NCBI GenBank assembly: GCA_965217865.1
Contig: CBDCJO010000002.1
Coordinates: 2,176,001 to 2,240,000, forward strand
Length of the DNA stretch: 64,000 nucleotides
Reading direction: 5' to 3'
Source of the DNA: Candidatus Latescibacterota bacterium
Lineage (GTDB): Bacteria > Latescibacterota > UBA2968 > SICM01
The notes beneath the pieces are model-generated. The model was not told where the DNA came from and made no database searches. It saw only the letters and a list, made by a program, of their open reading frames with translations. The position numbers were made by a program, and so were the translations under genes. How positions within the stretch are numbered: position 1 is the first letter of the stretch; every line of letters starts with the position of its first letter. This document shows, piece after piece, positions 49,608-60,317 of the stretch.

Positions 49608-50990
49608 ATGCCCCGGACCACGACCCAGCCAAAGGACAACCTCACGCCCCAAAAGGGTTTCCCCCCAAATGCTCGGGAGGCCGCCCTGGAGGCCCTAAAC
49701 AGGTTTGAGAGGACCGGGGCCTATCCAAAGATCGTCCTGAAATCCCGCCTAGAGAACAGCGGCATGTCCGAGCGGGACCGAAGACTTTCACGGGAGGCGG
49801 TTCGTGGCACCCTCGTGTGGCGAGCACGCCTCGACTGGGTCATCTCTCGGCTCCTTGAACGGCCTTTCGAGACTCTCCCCGTGGCCATCCGGAACATCTT
49901 GAGGCTCGGTGTCTATCAGATCCTCTTCCTGGATCACATTCCGGCTTACGCCGCGGTTTCTGAATCGGTTCGCCAGGCCAGGAGTCACGGCCACGCCGGG
50001 ACCGCTGGCCTGGTGAACGCCATATTGCGCGGAGTCGCAGGCTTGAATCCCGCAGACCTGGCGCCGTCATGTGATGGAGATCCGGCCGAACACATCGCCT
50101 GCCTCTGGTCCCATCCGCTCTGGATGGTAAAGAGGTGGATGGCTAGGTTCGGGGCCGATGAGACGGAGTCCCTTTGCCGGGCGAACAACCGGGTCCCACC
50201 GGTTGTCCTGCGACACAACCGGACCCGGGGTTCCCTCCAGAAGTTGCTCGAGGGGCTTCAAGAGGTTGGTGTCCGGGTCAGATCCCACCCCCTGCAGGAA
50301 GGATTTCTGGTCGTTGAGGAGGGCGGGTTTCCTTTCGATTCCGCCCTCTTTACCGATGGGTGGGTAACGGTCCAGGACGTCAGTGCGGGCCTCGCCGTTT
50401 GCCTGCTCGATCCCCAACCGGGCGAGAGCGTGATCGATCTGTGCGCAGCGCCCGGCGGGAAATCAGGGTTTATCTGTGAGAGGATGTTTAACCGGGGCTG
50501 GCTGGTTGCCCTGGACCGGAACGCCGGCCGGCTCGTCCGTTTGAGGGAGAATATCAAGCGTCTTGGACTTCGAAATGTAGAGGTCAACGTCTCCGATGCC
50601 CTTCGGTCACCTCCCTGTGGGGTATTTGACCGAGTCCTGATAGACGTACCCTGCTCGAGTATAGGTGTCCTTTCCCGCAAACCGGATGTACGATGGCGCA
50701 GAACAGAATCGGACCTGTCCCGTCTCGGTGAAACCCAATTAAGATTGTTGGAGAAGGGCGCTGCCCACGTCCGTCCCGATGGTGTCATGGTCTATTCGAC
50801 GTGCTCCACCGAACCGGAGGAAAATGACAACGTCGTGACTCGGTTCCTCGAAGCCCACCCTGAATTCGAGACCGAATCCTCTATTGCGGGCTTAGGCCCC
50901 GTGGGGTCGGATGGCGCTCTGCGGACTTTCCCCCACCGCCACGATTGCGATGGATCGTTTGCCGTCCGAGTCAGGAGGTTGCTGGAATAA
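49608..50990 (+). CDS. rsmB: 16S rRNA m5C967 methyltransferase RsmB
   Basis: NusB-like N-terminus, DLCAAPGGK, DVPCS, YSTCS..EEN. Confidence 0.94.
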   Translation: MPRTTTQPKDNLTPQKGFPPNAREAALEALNRFERTGAYPKIVLKSRLENSGMSERDRRLSREAVRGTLVWRARLDWVISRLLERPFETLPVAIRNILRLGVYQILFLDHIPAYAAVSESVRQARSHGHAGTAGLVNAILRGVAGLNPADLAPSCDGDPAEHIACLWSHPLWMVKRWMARFGADETESLCRANNRVPPVVLRHNRTRGSLQKLLEGLQEVGVRVRSHPLQEGFLVVEEGGFPFDSALFTDGWVTVQDVSAGLAVCLLDPQPGESVIDLCAAPGGKSGFICERMFNRGWLVALDRNAGRLVRLRENIKRLGLRNVEVNVSDALRSPPCGVFDRVLIDVPCSSIGVLSRKPDVRWRRTESDLSRLGETQLRLLEKGAAHVRPDGVMVYSTCSTEPEENDNVVTRFLEAHPEFETESSIAGLGPVGSDGALRTFPHRHDCDGSFAVRVRRLLE

Positions 50991-51712
50991 TGCTGCACAA
51001 ACTGGCCCGGGAGTTGATTCTGTTTGGAGTTGGATCTACCCTGGCGGTCATCGGTGGAGGGCTATTTGTGAATCAGCTGGTCATGCCCGTGATGACCCGA
51101 CGCGGAATGGAGATCGAAGTCCCATATGTCTCTGGTATCACAGAGCCGGAGGCTCGGAAACTGCTGCTCCAGAAGAACCTGAAGCTTCAGGTCGAAGAAT
51201 CCCGCTGGAGTCCATCGGTGCCATACGATCACATCATCTTTCAACGCCCCGGGCCGGCTTCCATGGTAAAAGGCGGACGCACCATCTATGTTTCGGTCAG
51301 CCGTGGCGATAGCCTATACATGGTTCCGGATCTGACTTCCGGGATGTCCCTGAGGGAGGCAAAACTTCGGATCGAACAGTCCAGTATGGCCGTCGGGCTT
51401 GTGGAGGAGGTCGCATCCGAAGCACACCCGGGTGTTGTCGTTGGGCAACACCCTGATTCGGGAACCGTCGTCCCACGAGATTCCGAGGTGGATCTGCTGG
51501 TCAGCGGGGGGCTCAACCCCCGTTTCAAGATCCCCGACTTCGTGGGTATGGATCTCGGATCGGCTGTTGCAATTCTCGACAGCTTGGGTCTCACCATTGG
51601 CGAGATCCTCTTTAGGAACGGAGAATCGTTTGAGATGATACTTGAGCAGAGCCCGGAAGTTGCCGAGGATGTTCAGGTTGGGGATACGGTCGATTTGACC
51701 CTGGGTCGATAG
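50990..51712 (+). CDS. PASTA domain membrane protein
   Basis: One TM segment and three PASTA-like repeats (VPYVSG, VPDL, IPDFVG). Confidence 0.88.
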   Translation: MLHKLARELILFGVGSTLAVIGGGLFVNQLVMPVMTRRGMEIEVPYVSGITEPEARKLLLQKNLKLQVEESRWSPSVPYDHIIFQRPGPASMVKGGRTIYVSVSRGDSLYMVPDLTSGMSLREAKLRIEQSSMAVGLVEEVASEAHPGVVVGQHPDSGTVVPRDSEVDLLVSGGLNPRFKIPDFVGMDLGSAVAILDSLGLTIGEILFRNGESFEMILEQSPEVAEDVQVGDTVDLTLGR

Positions 51713-51777
51713 ACACTCAGATCATGCCAAACTAACGGTCCCTATCGTTGCATCCAACCTCCTTTAGAGGTGACCCC

Positions 51778-52443
51778 GTGATTAAAATCGCCCCTTCTTT
51801 TCTTTCCGCAAATTTCGGCAACCTGGAAGCTGAGATCGCTCTTGTCGAATCCGGCGGGGCAGATATGATCCATCTCGATGTTATGGACGGTCACTTTGTC
51901 CCTAATCTGACCTTCGGACCCCTGGTTGTTGAGGCCATTCGCAAACGGACGAGCCTGACCCTCGACGTACACTTGATGATCGCAGATCCTGCCCGGTATA
52001 TCGAGGCCTTCATCGGCGCCGGGGCGGATATCCTGACCGTCCACCAGGAAATTGACGGGGATGTCCCGGCCATCGTGGACGATGTCCACGACCGGGGGAA
52101 GGCCGTCGGCGTCTCGATAAAACCGAATACGCCCCCCTCAGCGCTATTTCCCCTCCTTCCACAAAACCTCGACTTGGCCCTTGTTATGTCCGTTGAACCC
52201 GGCTTTGGTGGACAGAGCTTCATGCCTTCGGCCATCGACAAGATTCGGGCCTTGAGAGATGAAATCGACCGGAACGGCAGGGGGACTCTGATCGAGGTGG
52301 ACGGCGGGATCGACCCTTCAAACATTCGTATGGTTGCACGTGCCGGAGCGGACATCTTTGTCGCCGGATCGTCTGTGTTCAAGGAAGGACAGGTGGGCGT
52401 AAACATCGGGGCCCTTCGAGAGGCGGCCGTATCGGAAAAATAA
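51778..52443 (+). CDS. rpe: Ribulose-phosphate 3-epimerase
   Basis: IAPS, HLDVMDGHFVPN, MSVEPGFGGQ, EVDGG. Confidence 0.96.
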   Translation: MIKIAPSFLSANFGNLEAEIALVESGGADMIHLDVMDGHFVPNLTFGPLVVEAIRKRTSLTLDVHLMIADPARYIEAFIGAGADILTVHQEIDGDVPAIVDDVHDRGKAVGVSIKPNTPPSALFPLLPQNLDLALVMSVEPGFGGQSFMPSAIDKIRALRDEIDRNGRGTLIEVDGGIDPSNIRMVARAGADIFVAGSSVFKEGQVGVNIGALREAAVSEK

Positions 52444-52445
52444 GT

Positions 52446-52474
52446 TTGATTTTAAAAGCGTAAATTGTTATACT
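52446..52474 (+). promoter_or_regulatory. Sigma70 promoter for ffh (very short leader)
   Basis: TTGATT-17 bp-TATACT with extended TG; ATG 9 bp after the -10 box. Confidence 0.6.
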
Positions 52475-52483
52475 TACAGCCTC

Positions 52484-53806
52484 ATGTTCCAAACCCTGAC
52501 CGAGAAATTCGAACGGGTCTTCAAGCAACTCAGAAGCCACGGAAAACTGACTGAGACCAATATCGAAGCGACCCTTCGAGAGGTTCGCCGTGGGTTGCTG
52601 GAGGCTGATGTCAACTTCAGAGTGGTTAAAACCTTCTTGGAAAAGGTCAAGGTCCGGGCCGTCGGAACGGAGGTCCTCAAAAGCCTGACCCCGGCCCAGC
52701 AGATCATCAAGATCATCCACGAGGAGTTGGCCCGTCTCCTTGGTGGACATCATCACGGACTGAACTTCAGCAACATCCCCCCCACCATCCTGATGATGGT
52801 CGGGTTAAACGGGGCTGGCAAGACCACCGCCGCGGCTAAAATCGCCAGGCACCTCAAGGCCAAGGGACGAAGCGTTGAACTGGTTGCCGCCGACGTTTAC
52901 AGGCCCGCCGCAGCCGATCAGTTGGAGGTCCTCGCCGGATCCATCGATGTGCCTGTCTGTCGAGGGGCGAACGAGTCAGAACCGGTAGAGACATGCCTGA
53001 AAGCCCTATCCTCTGCGCGAAACGGGAAAGCCGACACGCTTATCCTGGATACCGCGGGGAGAATGCATGTCGACGACCAGATGATGGAAGAGGTCGTTCG
53101 AATCCGGGAGGCGACCTCCCCTCATGAAATCCTGTTCGTGGCAGACAGCATGACCGGACAGGACGCCGTGAACGCCGCAGTTGAGTTCAAGAAACGTCTC
53201 GACTTCACGGGTGTGATCCTGACGAAATTGGACGGCGACGCCCGGGGCGGTGCGGCCCTCTCCATTTGTGAAGTCACAGGGGTGCAGATCAAATTTGTAG
53301 GGGTAGGGGAGAAGCTGGATGCCCTCGAACCATTCCACCCCGAGCGGATGGCCTCCCGCATCCTTGGAATGGGTGATGTCCTCTCGCTGGTGGAACGGGC
53401 TGAGAAGGCAGTCTCCGCAGAGAAAGCGTCTGCCCTGGAGGCTAAACTCCGGAAAGAAGCTTTCGGCCTCGACGACTTTTTAGAGCAGCTTCAGCAGATT
53501 AAAACCATCGGTCCCATCGATCAGCTTCTCGACATGATACCTGGAGCGGGAAAGGGGCTAAAAGGCGTGCAACCCGATGAAAGAGCCCTGATCCACACCG
53601 AGGCGATTGTCAGATCCATGACCCGGGAGGAACGGCGGAAACCCCACATCCTAAACGGGAGCCGGCGGCGGCGAGTTGCAAGAGGAAGCGGCCGGCCGGT
53701 TCAGGATGTCAACCGACTCTTGAAACAGTTCCAGCAGATGCAGAAAATGATGAAGAGCTTGGGGCGCTTGAAGACCGGACACCGGTTGCAATCCCTGTTC
53801 GGTTAG
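52484..53806 (+). CDS. ffh: Signal recognition particle protein
   Basis: [35 protein letters not shown] domain. Confidence 0.97.
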   Translation: MFQTLTEKFERVFKQLRSHGKLTETNIEATLREVRRGLLEADVNFRVVKTFLEKVKVRAVGTEVLKSLTPAQQIIKIIHEELARLLGGHHHGLNFSNIPPTILMMVGLNGAGKTTAAAKIARHLKAKGRSVELVAADVYRPAAADQLEVLAGSIDVPVCRGANESEPVETCLKALSSARNGKADTLILDTAGRMHVDDQMMEEVVRIREATSPHEILFVADSMTGQDAVNAAVEFKKRLDFTGVILTKLDGDARGGAALSICEVTGVQIKFVGVGEKLDALEPFHPERMASRILGMGDVLSLVERAEKAVSAEKASALEAKLRKEAFGLDDFLEQLQQIKTIGPIDQLLDMIPGAGKGLKGVQPDERALIHTEAIVRSMTREERRKPHILNGSRRRRVARGSGRPVQDVNRLLKQFQQMQKMMKSLGRLKTGHRLQSLFG

Positions 53807-53838
53807 GCACCATTGACTCACATACCCCCTTTTCGGAG

Positions 53839-54174
53839 GTGGCTTTGGCCGTCAAAATTCGCTTAAAGCGCATCGGATCAAAGAAAGCCCCTGTTTACCG
53901 GTTGGTCGCAGCAGAATCCACTTCTCCCCGGGATGGTAAGTTCATTGAGGAACTCGGGTATTATAATCCGATCAAGGATCCCCCGATTATTCACATGAAC
54001 GAGGAGAAGATCCTCACTTGGCTCAAAAATGGGGCGATCCCAACGGATACCGCTCGTAGCCTGTTGCGGGGACAAGGGATTCTGCAAAGGTTGGATGCGA
54101 TCCGGAAGGGGACAAAGGACCAGGCCGAACCGTCGGGGATACCCGACGAAGCCCTTGAAACACAGGAACCCTAG
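53839..54174 (+). CDS. rpsP: 30S ribosomal protein S16
   Basis: [25 protein letters not shown]. Confidence 0.96.
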   Translation: MALAVKIRLKRIGSKKAPVYRLVAAESTSPRDGKFIEELGYYNPIKDPPIIHMNEEKILTWLKNGAIPTDTARSLLRGQGILQRLDAIRKGTKDQAEPSGIPDEALETQEP

Positions 54175-54211
54175 TCTCCCCGGAGAGACACCCCACCCGG
54201 ACGGTGGAGGC

Positions 54212-54709
54212 ATGATCGCCATCGGCCGGATAGGACGTCCACACGGGACTGCGGGAACCGTCCGCGTGACCCCCCTGTCCGACCACCCCGACCGCTTTCG
54301 TCGTCTGAATCGTGTCTCGGTCGAAAAGGGAAGCGGGACCGTTATAACCCTGAATATCGAATCGGTGAAGGGACAAACCGCTAAAACCCTGGTAAAATTC
54401 CAGGGGGTCGATTCCCTAGAACAGGCCGAAGAACTCCGGGACGGTTTCATCCTTATCGCTCGGAATGATGTCCCCTCGCTCCCTGAAGACACCTACTATG
54501 TCTTCGATCTCGTCGGATATGAAGTGGAGACCGAAGAGGGTGATCCGATTGGAATCCTGACAGAAGTCCAGCGTTTCCCGGCAAATGATTTGTACCTCGT
54601 CCAAGGGAAAAAAGGTGATGTCCTGATCCCCGCGGTTCGACAATTCGTTCGAGTCGATTCGGATCAGAGAAAAATTTTTGTCCAGGGGATTGAGGAGCTG
54701 CTGGAATAG
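54212..54709 (+). CDS. rimM: Ribosome maturation factor RimM
   Basis: IGRIGRPHG, YYVFDLVG, ANDLY, LIPAV. Confidence 0.92.
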   Translation: MIAIGRIGRPHGTAGTVRVTPLSDHPDRFRRLNRVSVEKGSGTVITLNIESVKGQTAKTLVKFQGVDSLEQAEELRDGFILIARNDVPSLPEDTYYVFDLVGYEVETEEGDPIGILTEVQRFPANDLYLVQGKKGDVLIPAVRQFVRVDSDQRKIFVQGIEELLE

Positions 54710-54742
54710 GGCCCATCTCACAGCCGAGCGTTAGAGAACTCA

Positions 54743-55486
54743 GTGTTGCAGATCGACATCCTTACGATCTTCCCGGAGATGATCGAAGGGGCCTTAAGTC
54801 ACAGTATCGTGGGAAGGGCCCTTAAGTCAGGGATCGTCCAGATCCGAATCCACAACCTCAGAGACTTCACCGACGATCCCCACCGAACCGTCGACGATGC
54901 CCCTTATGGTGGAGGGGGCGGGATGGTATTCCGGCCTGAACCCCTGGCAAGGGCCTTTCGAGCAATCACCGACTCCGAGACACCGCATCCCACCATCTTC
55001 TTGACCCCACAGGGAAGGCCCCTGACGCAGAAAGTTGCCAACCATCTCTCTCTGGAGCCGCATCTGATCCTGTTGTGCGGGCACTACCGGGGAATCGATG
55101 AGCGTATCCGAACACGGTACATTACGGAAGAAATATCGATCGGTGATTATGTCCTGAGCGGTGGAGAACTTCCAGCATTGGTTTTGGTTGACTCTGTCGT
55201 CAGGTTGATCCCCGGTTCCATCGGAAACTTCGAGTCCGCCCAATCCGACTCATTTCAAGAGGAACGGCTGGACTGTCCGTGGTACACCCGGCCCAGAGTG
55301 TTTGAAGGATTGGAGGTGCCTGGTATATTGGTGAAGGGAAATCACAAGGAGATCGCCCGCTGGCGGTGTGACCAATCCCTCCGGCGCACTGCAGGCCGGA
55401 GGCCCGATATTCTTGACAAGAACACGCTCTCACAGTTTCAAGCCCGGACCCCTAGCGCACGTCCAAACCCCGGAGGCCCAAAGTGA
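54743..55486 (+). CDS. trmD: tRNA m1G37 methyltransferase
   Basis: VDDAPYGGG, CGHYRGIDER, SIGDYVLSGGE, YTRP. Confidence 0.96.
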   Translation: MLQIDILTIFPEMIEGALSHSIVGRALKSGIVQIRIHNLRDFTDDPHRTVDDAPYGGGGGMVFRPEPLARAFRAITDSETPHPTIFLTPQGRPLTQKVANHLSLEPHLILLCGHYRGIDERIRTRYITEEISIGDYVLSGGELPALVLVDSVVRLIPGSIGNFESAQSDSFQEERLDCPWYTRPRVFEGLEVPGILVKGNHKEIARWRCDQSLRRTAGRRPDILDKNTLSQFQARTPSARPNPGGPK

Positions 55487-56964
55487 AAATCCTCCTGATC
55501 AGTCCACCCCTTCATAGCCTCTATTTCGCAGCGCGGGTCATCATCCCTCCGCTGGGTCTTCTCTACGTGGCCGGCAAACTTGATGCCGACGGGCACGACG
55601 TCGAAGTTCGGGACATGTCCTTCTTCGACGGACCTGAGGATTATGACGGGTTCGACCTTGTGGGCGTCACCTGTACCACGCCACAATATCACGAGGCTTT
55701 GCTCTACGCCAAAAAGGCCCACGAGGCGGGTTGTCGCACTCTGATCGGGGGTACGCACGTCACGTTCACGACCCAGACCACGCTTCGCTTGGGTTACGTG
55801 GACTATGTGATCCGGGGAGAGGGGGAACAGGCCGTCTCGATTTTGGCCAGAAACCTGGAAGAGGAAGGATCCAGGTTCGATCCGGGGAAGATCCCCAGCC
55901 TGTCCTGGTACGACCCCGATTCAAAAGCCGTGGTTGACAATCCCCAGGTTCCGGATATTCAAACGGTGGACGACCTGCCAACGCCGGCCCGACACCTTCT
56001 GGACATGGAACCCTACAAGCTCACCCGCTTGATGAACGGCCCCGTGTCCACGATGATCACCAGCCGGGGATGCCCCTACGCCTGCACATTTTGTTCGGTT
56101 CCCACCCTCTACCAGAAACGCAAATGGCGTTCCCGCGAGGCCGTCCTGGCCGTGGACGAGTTAGAAAACCTCTGTGAAGAGTACGGTTTTACAGGAGCCC
56201 TTCTGGTGGACGACCTCTTGACGACAAATCCCCGCCGTATCCACGAACTCTGCGCAGAGATCATCGAGCGCGGGCTTAAGGTTCATTGGTGGTGCCAATC
56301 GCGGGCAGATATCCTGGTCAACAACCCGGACCTGGTTGAGCATATGGCGCGATCGGGATGTTCCAATGTCTTTCTCGGACTGGAATCCGGCAACGAGCAC
56401 ACCCTGGTTCACTGGAATAAAAAAATGAAACTGATTACGGGTCATGAGGCCGTGGAATTGCTTCGCGACCACGGGATTCGGGCACTGACCTCTTTTATCA
56501 TCGGCGCAGAGGGTGAGACCGAAGCCGATATCGAGAGGACCATTCAGTACGCCAAAGATCTGGACGCCCACCAGGCTCAGTTCTCCATCCTGACCCCCTA
56601 TCCGGGGACCGTGGATTGGGACCGAAACATCGGCCGAATCTTCGACAACAACTGGGCGAACTACACCGGCACCAAGGTCGTATTTCACCGGGATTCGGTT
56701 CCGGGTGAGGTTGTCGAGCAGAAGCTCCGGAAAGCGTATCTGAAGTTTTACAACCCGTTTCGCAGGTGGGATCGCGTGCTCAAGGGAATCCCCGGGCTTA
56801 GCCTGAAGGGGCTCTGGGCGGTCTGGCGCAACCTAAGGGAAAGCGCGGAGATCCCGATTCTGGATCCGGTTGAAAACATGATCCAACTCGCTACCCCAGA
56901 CCGGGATGAATTCTTAAGGTCGCAGAAAAAGGCCGCTCCGACACAGATCGAGGCAGCGGATTAA
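55483..56964 (+). CDS. B12-binding radical SAM protein
   Basis: [21 protein letters not shown] (cobalamin domain); [11 protein letters not shown]; GLESG; LTPYPGT. Confidence 0.92.
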   Translation: MKILLISPPLHSLYFAARVIIPPLGLLYVAGKLDADGHDVEVRDMSFFDGPEDYDGFDLVGVTCTTPQYHEALLYAKKAHEAGCRTLIGGTHVTFTTQTTLRLGYVDYVIRGEGEQAVSILARNLEEEGSRFDPGKIPSLSWYDPDSKAVVDNPQVPDIQTVDDLPTPARHLLDMEPYKLTRLMNGPVSTMITSRGCPYACTFCSVPTLYQKRKWRSREAVLAVDELENLCEEYGFTGALLVDDLLTTNPRRIHELCAEIIERGLKVHWWCQSRADILVNNPDLVEHMARSGCSNVFLGLESGNEHTLVHWNKKMKLITGHEAVELLRDHGIRALTSFIIGAEGETEADIERTIQYAKDLDAHQAQFSILTPYPGTVDWDRNIGRIFDNNWANYTGTKVVFHRDSVPGEVVEQKLRKAYLKFYNPFRRWDRVLKGIPGLSLKGLWAVWRNLRESAEIPILDPVENMIQLATPDRDEFLRSQKKAAPTQIEAAD

Positions 56965-56986
56965 GGGAAAGGAAGGAGCAAATAAA

Positions 56987-57337
56987 ATGTCCGTCGATCT
57001 TCTGGCCGCAGTTTCTCGAGAGGGACTCAAAGAAGATGTCCCCGAGTTTAAGGCCGGTGACACCCTGCGGGTACACGTTCGGGTGATCGAAGGGGAGAAA
57101 GAGAGAACCCAAGTGTTTGAAGGAAATGTAATCCAGCGGAAGGGATCCGGTCTCTCTGAGACCGTCACGGTAAGGCGCATCGCCAGCGGGGTCGGTGTTG
57201 AACGGATCTTTCCCATTCATTCACCTCGAGTCGGCCGGATCGAACGCATCCGGCGGGGTCGGGTGCGTCGGGCTCGCCTCAACTATCTGAAAGGCCTTCG
57301 AGGCAAGGCCGCCCGAATCGCCGAAGCATCGAATTGA
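56987..57337 (+). CDS. rplS: 50S ribosomal protein L19
   Basis: [31 protein letters not shown]. Confidence 0.97.
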   Translation: MSVDLLAAVSREGLKEDVPEFKAGDTLRVHVRVIEGEKERTQVFEGNVIQRKGSGLSETVTVRRIASGVGVERIFPIHSPRVGRIERIRRGRVRRARLNYLKGLRGKAARIAEASN

Positions 57338-57346
57338 TCTAAGCCA

Positions 57347-57643
57347 ATGGCCCCACCCGCCAACAAAATCCCGAGGACTTCAAGGAGACAAACACGCCGA
57401 CGGGCTGTTCAGGCCCAGGAACTTCCCTATACGCGACGAAACAGGCGATTGTTCCTGGGCGGCCTTTTTGTTATCGCATCTGGATATATAACTTTAAGCA
57501 TCCCGCCGGCCGACGGTTTTATGTCGATGACCCTGGCTCCGATCTTACTCACCGGGGGTTACTGCGTGATTCTCCCGGTTGCTCTTTTAATCGGAGAACG
57601 CCGTTCAAAAGGGCCTGAAAACCCTCCGGCGGAAGACTCTTAG
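57347..57643 (+). CDS. Small two-TM membrane protein (DUF3098-like)
   Basis: Basic N-terminus, VIASGY..TLAPILLTGGY. Confidence 0.65.
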   Translation: MAPPANKIPRTSRRQTRRRAVQAQELPYTRRNRRLFLGGLFVIASGYITLSIPPADGFMSMTLAPILLTGGYCVILPVALLIGERRSKGPENPPAEDS

Positions 57644-57718
57644 TTCGTTTACCCCCCACCAACCCTGACGCCTTCCCTCCAGGCATGATTCCCAATCCCT
57701 CGGACCGAAACCGTCGGA

Positions 57719-58495
57719 TCAAAAAATCTGTGCTTGCCAGCCTCCGTCCACAATCAACGGGATCCCCGTAATCCATCCGGCGTCGTCCGAGGCCAGAAAC
57801 ACCGAAGCGCGACCGATGTCTCTGGAGAGGCCGAATCGGGGAAGAGGCGTCCTTTCACGGCACGCTTCGATCTGCTCGGGCGTCAGGTAGTCCTGTATCG
57901 CGGTCTCAATGTAGCCCGGGCAGATCACATTTACGGTAATGTTATGGGCACCCAATTCCACCGCTGTGTCCCTGGTCAAGTTGACGACAGCGGCCTTCGC
58001 CGGGGCATAAGCAGGTCCGCCACCTCCCCCGAACGCGTGAATCGATGCTATGTTGATGATTCGGCCCGCTTCGGATCTTTTGAGGTGCGGGACCGCGTAT
58101 TTGGTTGAGAGAAAAATCGCACGGAGATTCAACCCTACGACGCTGTCCCAATCGGCCACGGCGAGCTGCTGACTGTCCCCAGGGATATGAATCCCTGCAT
58201 TGTTGACCAGGATGTCGAGTCCCCCAAACCCATTGACCGCCGTTTCGATCAAGGAACCGACAGCCGCCTCGTCCGAAACGTCGGCTTGCGCAAATAATCC
58301 CTCCCGCCCAAATTTCTGGATCTCTTCGACGGTCGGTGTAACCGTCTCCTGTTCATAATACACGCCTCTTTTGGGATCCTCGCGTACATCGGCCACGACG
58401 ACCCGCGCACCCTCCCGCGCAAATTCGATCGCGATGCCCCTCCCGATACCTGAACTCCCTCCGGTAACGATCGCCACACGATCTTTCAGCACCAT
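57719..58495 (-). CDS. SDR family oxidoreductase
   Basis: TGGSSGIG, NNAG, YAPAK, ICPG. Confidence 0.9.
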   Translation of the reverse strand: MVLKDRVAIVTGGSSGIGRGIAIEFAREGARVVVADVREDPKRGVYYEQETVTPTVEEIQKFGREGLFAQADVSDEAAVGSLIETAVNGFGGLDILVNNAGIHIPGDSQQLAVADWDSVVGLNLRAIFLSTKYAVPHLKRSEAGRIINIASIHAFGGGGGPAYAPAKAAVVNLTRDTAVELGAHNITVNVICPGYIETAIQDYLTPEQIEACRERTPLPRFGLSRDIGRASVFLASDDAGWITGIPLIVDGGWQAQIF

Positions 58496-58603
58496 AAATG
58501 CTCTCCCTTCTGAGGTGTGGATCTCACCAGGCCCGTGAATCCGCTTGTCCTAAATCATATTTTTATTATATTTAACACCCAAGAAAATTTGAAGAGGGAT
58601 ACG

Positions 58604-59056
58604 ATGAACGTACATCCGCTGATCGTCCACTTCCCGATCGCGCTGTTGATTACGGGGGTCCTTTCGGACGTGTTTGGGTTCCTTCGAATGAGACCATTTT
58701 TTCAGGACGTTGGGCTGTTCCTGATTGGTTTGGGTGTTTTGGGAGCCATCGCCGCTGGGGTATCTGGAGACCAGGCCGCAGAAGCGCTTTCACATATCTC
58801 GGAGCTTACCCCGTTTGTTGAACAACACGAAGACTTCGCAACTGGGACGATCTGGATGTTCATCCTCCTCCTTCTGTGGCGCCTATATCTAAAGATCAGG
58901 GGGCGATTCACGCCGGTGATTCGCACAGCCTACGTAATCCTCAGTCTAACCGCCGGTGGACTCCTCTCGGTAACCAGTTATCTGGGGGGGGTGCTCGTGT
59001 TTGAACATGGCGCTGGGGTGAAACAGGCTGTGGAGCGTTCGTCCCCAGGAAAATAG
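58604..59056 (+). CDS. DUF2231-like membrane protein
   Basis: HPLIVHFPIAL, H.DFA, LGGVLVFEHGAGV. Confidence 0.8.
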   Translation: MNVHPLIVHFPIALLITGVLSDVFGFLRMRPFFQDVGLFLIGLGVLGAIAAGVSGDQAAEALSHISELTPFVEQHEDFATGTIWMFILLLLWRLYLKIRGRFTPVIRTAYVILSLTAGGLLSVTSYLGGVLVFEHGAGVKQAVERSSPGK

Positions 59057-59081
59057 CAGCTCATTCGCCAAACACAGGATC

Positions 59082-59303
59082 ATGATCCGTTATCTGAGCT
59101 TTTATAACGGCAAACTCTTTACCAGCCGGCCTCCAGCTGACTCCGATTGGGTTATGGAGCTGGACATCCCCGATCAAACCGCGCTTAGAGAAATTCAAAA
59201 GGCCGCCCAGCATACCTATAAGGCGAAGAAAAACAGGGCGGTATGGGGACACCGATTCCTTCGCCTTAATGATGTTCTGAAGCCCTTTATGACAGGCCGC
59301 TGA
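59082..59303 (+). CDS. Small hypothetical protein
   Basis: 73 aa ORF after AGGA, co-oriented with the DUF2231 gene; no recognised motif. Confidence 0.45.
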   Translation: MIRYLSFYNGKLFTSRPPADSDWVMELDIPDQTALREIQKAAQHTYKAKKNRAVWGHRFLRLNDVLKPFMTGR

Positions 59304-59396
59304 ATTTCCCCAACAAGCCAACCCCCATCTATTCTTTTCCCAATCCCCATATTAAATATTTATAGACCAAAACCCGAGCGCCAATGGGGCATTAGC

Positions 59397-60086
59397 TTAT
59401 ATGCTTATCAGCAAAATTCTCCGTGGGCTTTTGCCGGGAATTCCGGTGTCGATCGACCGAACAAGGACGGGCCGCGTGGTTCGGGAATAGGGAAGGAGAA
59501 ATTTGCCAACCCGTGACGCCTCATTATTTCCCACAAAAACCAACAGGGCGCCAAGGTTTCTCACCACCTTCCGGATGGAGGGAACCAGCCCGGGAAGATT
59601 TCCGACCGCACGAGCCAGGATCAAATCATATCCCCCCTTGGAACAATCCTTAATGGAAAGCTCTTCAACGCGTGCGCGGATCACTGAGGTGTTGTCGAGA
59701 GAAAGAGTTTGAGTGGTTTTCACCAGATGGTTTGTCCGCTTCAACGACGCATCAAGAAGATGGAACTTGCGACCCGGATTCATGATGGCTAGAGGAATGC
59801 CCGGGACTCCCCCTCCCGATCCAAGGTCCAGAATCCTCTCTGGATCAAACCATTCCAATACTGGCTGGGCAAGCAAAGATTCCAGAATCTGATCCTCGAT
59901 CAATGTCGTTTTTGCCGGATTTCTTGAAACCAGATTGATACGCCGATTTGTCGCAACCATGATTTCGTAAAATTCCCCCAGGCGAACCGCCTGTTCGGGT
60001 GAAACGCTTATTTCCATCTCGTCTTTAAGTCCGCTCAATCCGGGACAAACGGCAATGGAATTCTTTTCAGAATCGAAACAGGCCAT
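59397..60086 (-). CDS. rsmG: 16S rRNA m7G527 methyltransferase RsmG (start uncertain)
   Basis: NRRINLVS, LDLGSGGGVPGIPLAI, RVEE, ARAV. Confidence 0.9.
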   Translation of the reverse strand: MACFDSEKNSIAVCPGLSGLKDEMEISVSPEQAVRLGEFYEIMVATNRRINLVSRNPAKTTLIEDQILESLLAQPVLEWFDPERILDLGSGGGVPGIPLAIMNPGRKFHLLDASLKRTNHLVKTTQTLSLDNTSVIRARVEELSIKDCSKGGYDLILARAVGNLPGLVPSIRKVVRNLGALLVFVGNNEASRVGKFLLPYSRTTRPVLVRSIDTGIPGKSPRRILLISI

Positions 60087-60093
60087 AGGTTTT

Positions 60094-60109
60094 AGTTCCA
60101 CGTGGAACA
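60094..60109. other. parS site
   Basis: AGTTCCACGTGGAACA matches the parS palindrome. Confidence 0.85.
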
Positions 60110-60295
60110 ATCGTTGAGGCCGCCGATCCCCACTTTCCGGCTTTTATGATAGAAAATCGAGCTGTGCGACCAACGCGACACCTTTTTTAGACATTTGGAA
60201 TTTGACGCCCGCCCCAGCTTTCCATAGGCCTTTCTGCTCTGCCAATTGCAATTCAACACAAAAGGCACTCTCATTTTACGAGGGTGCCCATCATT

Positions 60296-60311
60296 TGTTT
60301 CACGTGAAACA
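60296..60311. other. parS site
   Basis: TGTTTCACGTGAAACA, perfect consensus palindrome. Confidence 0.92.
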
Positions 60312-60317
60312 TTGGCG

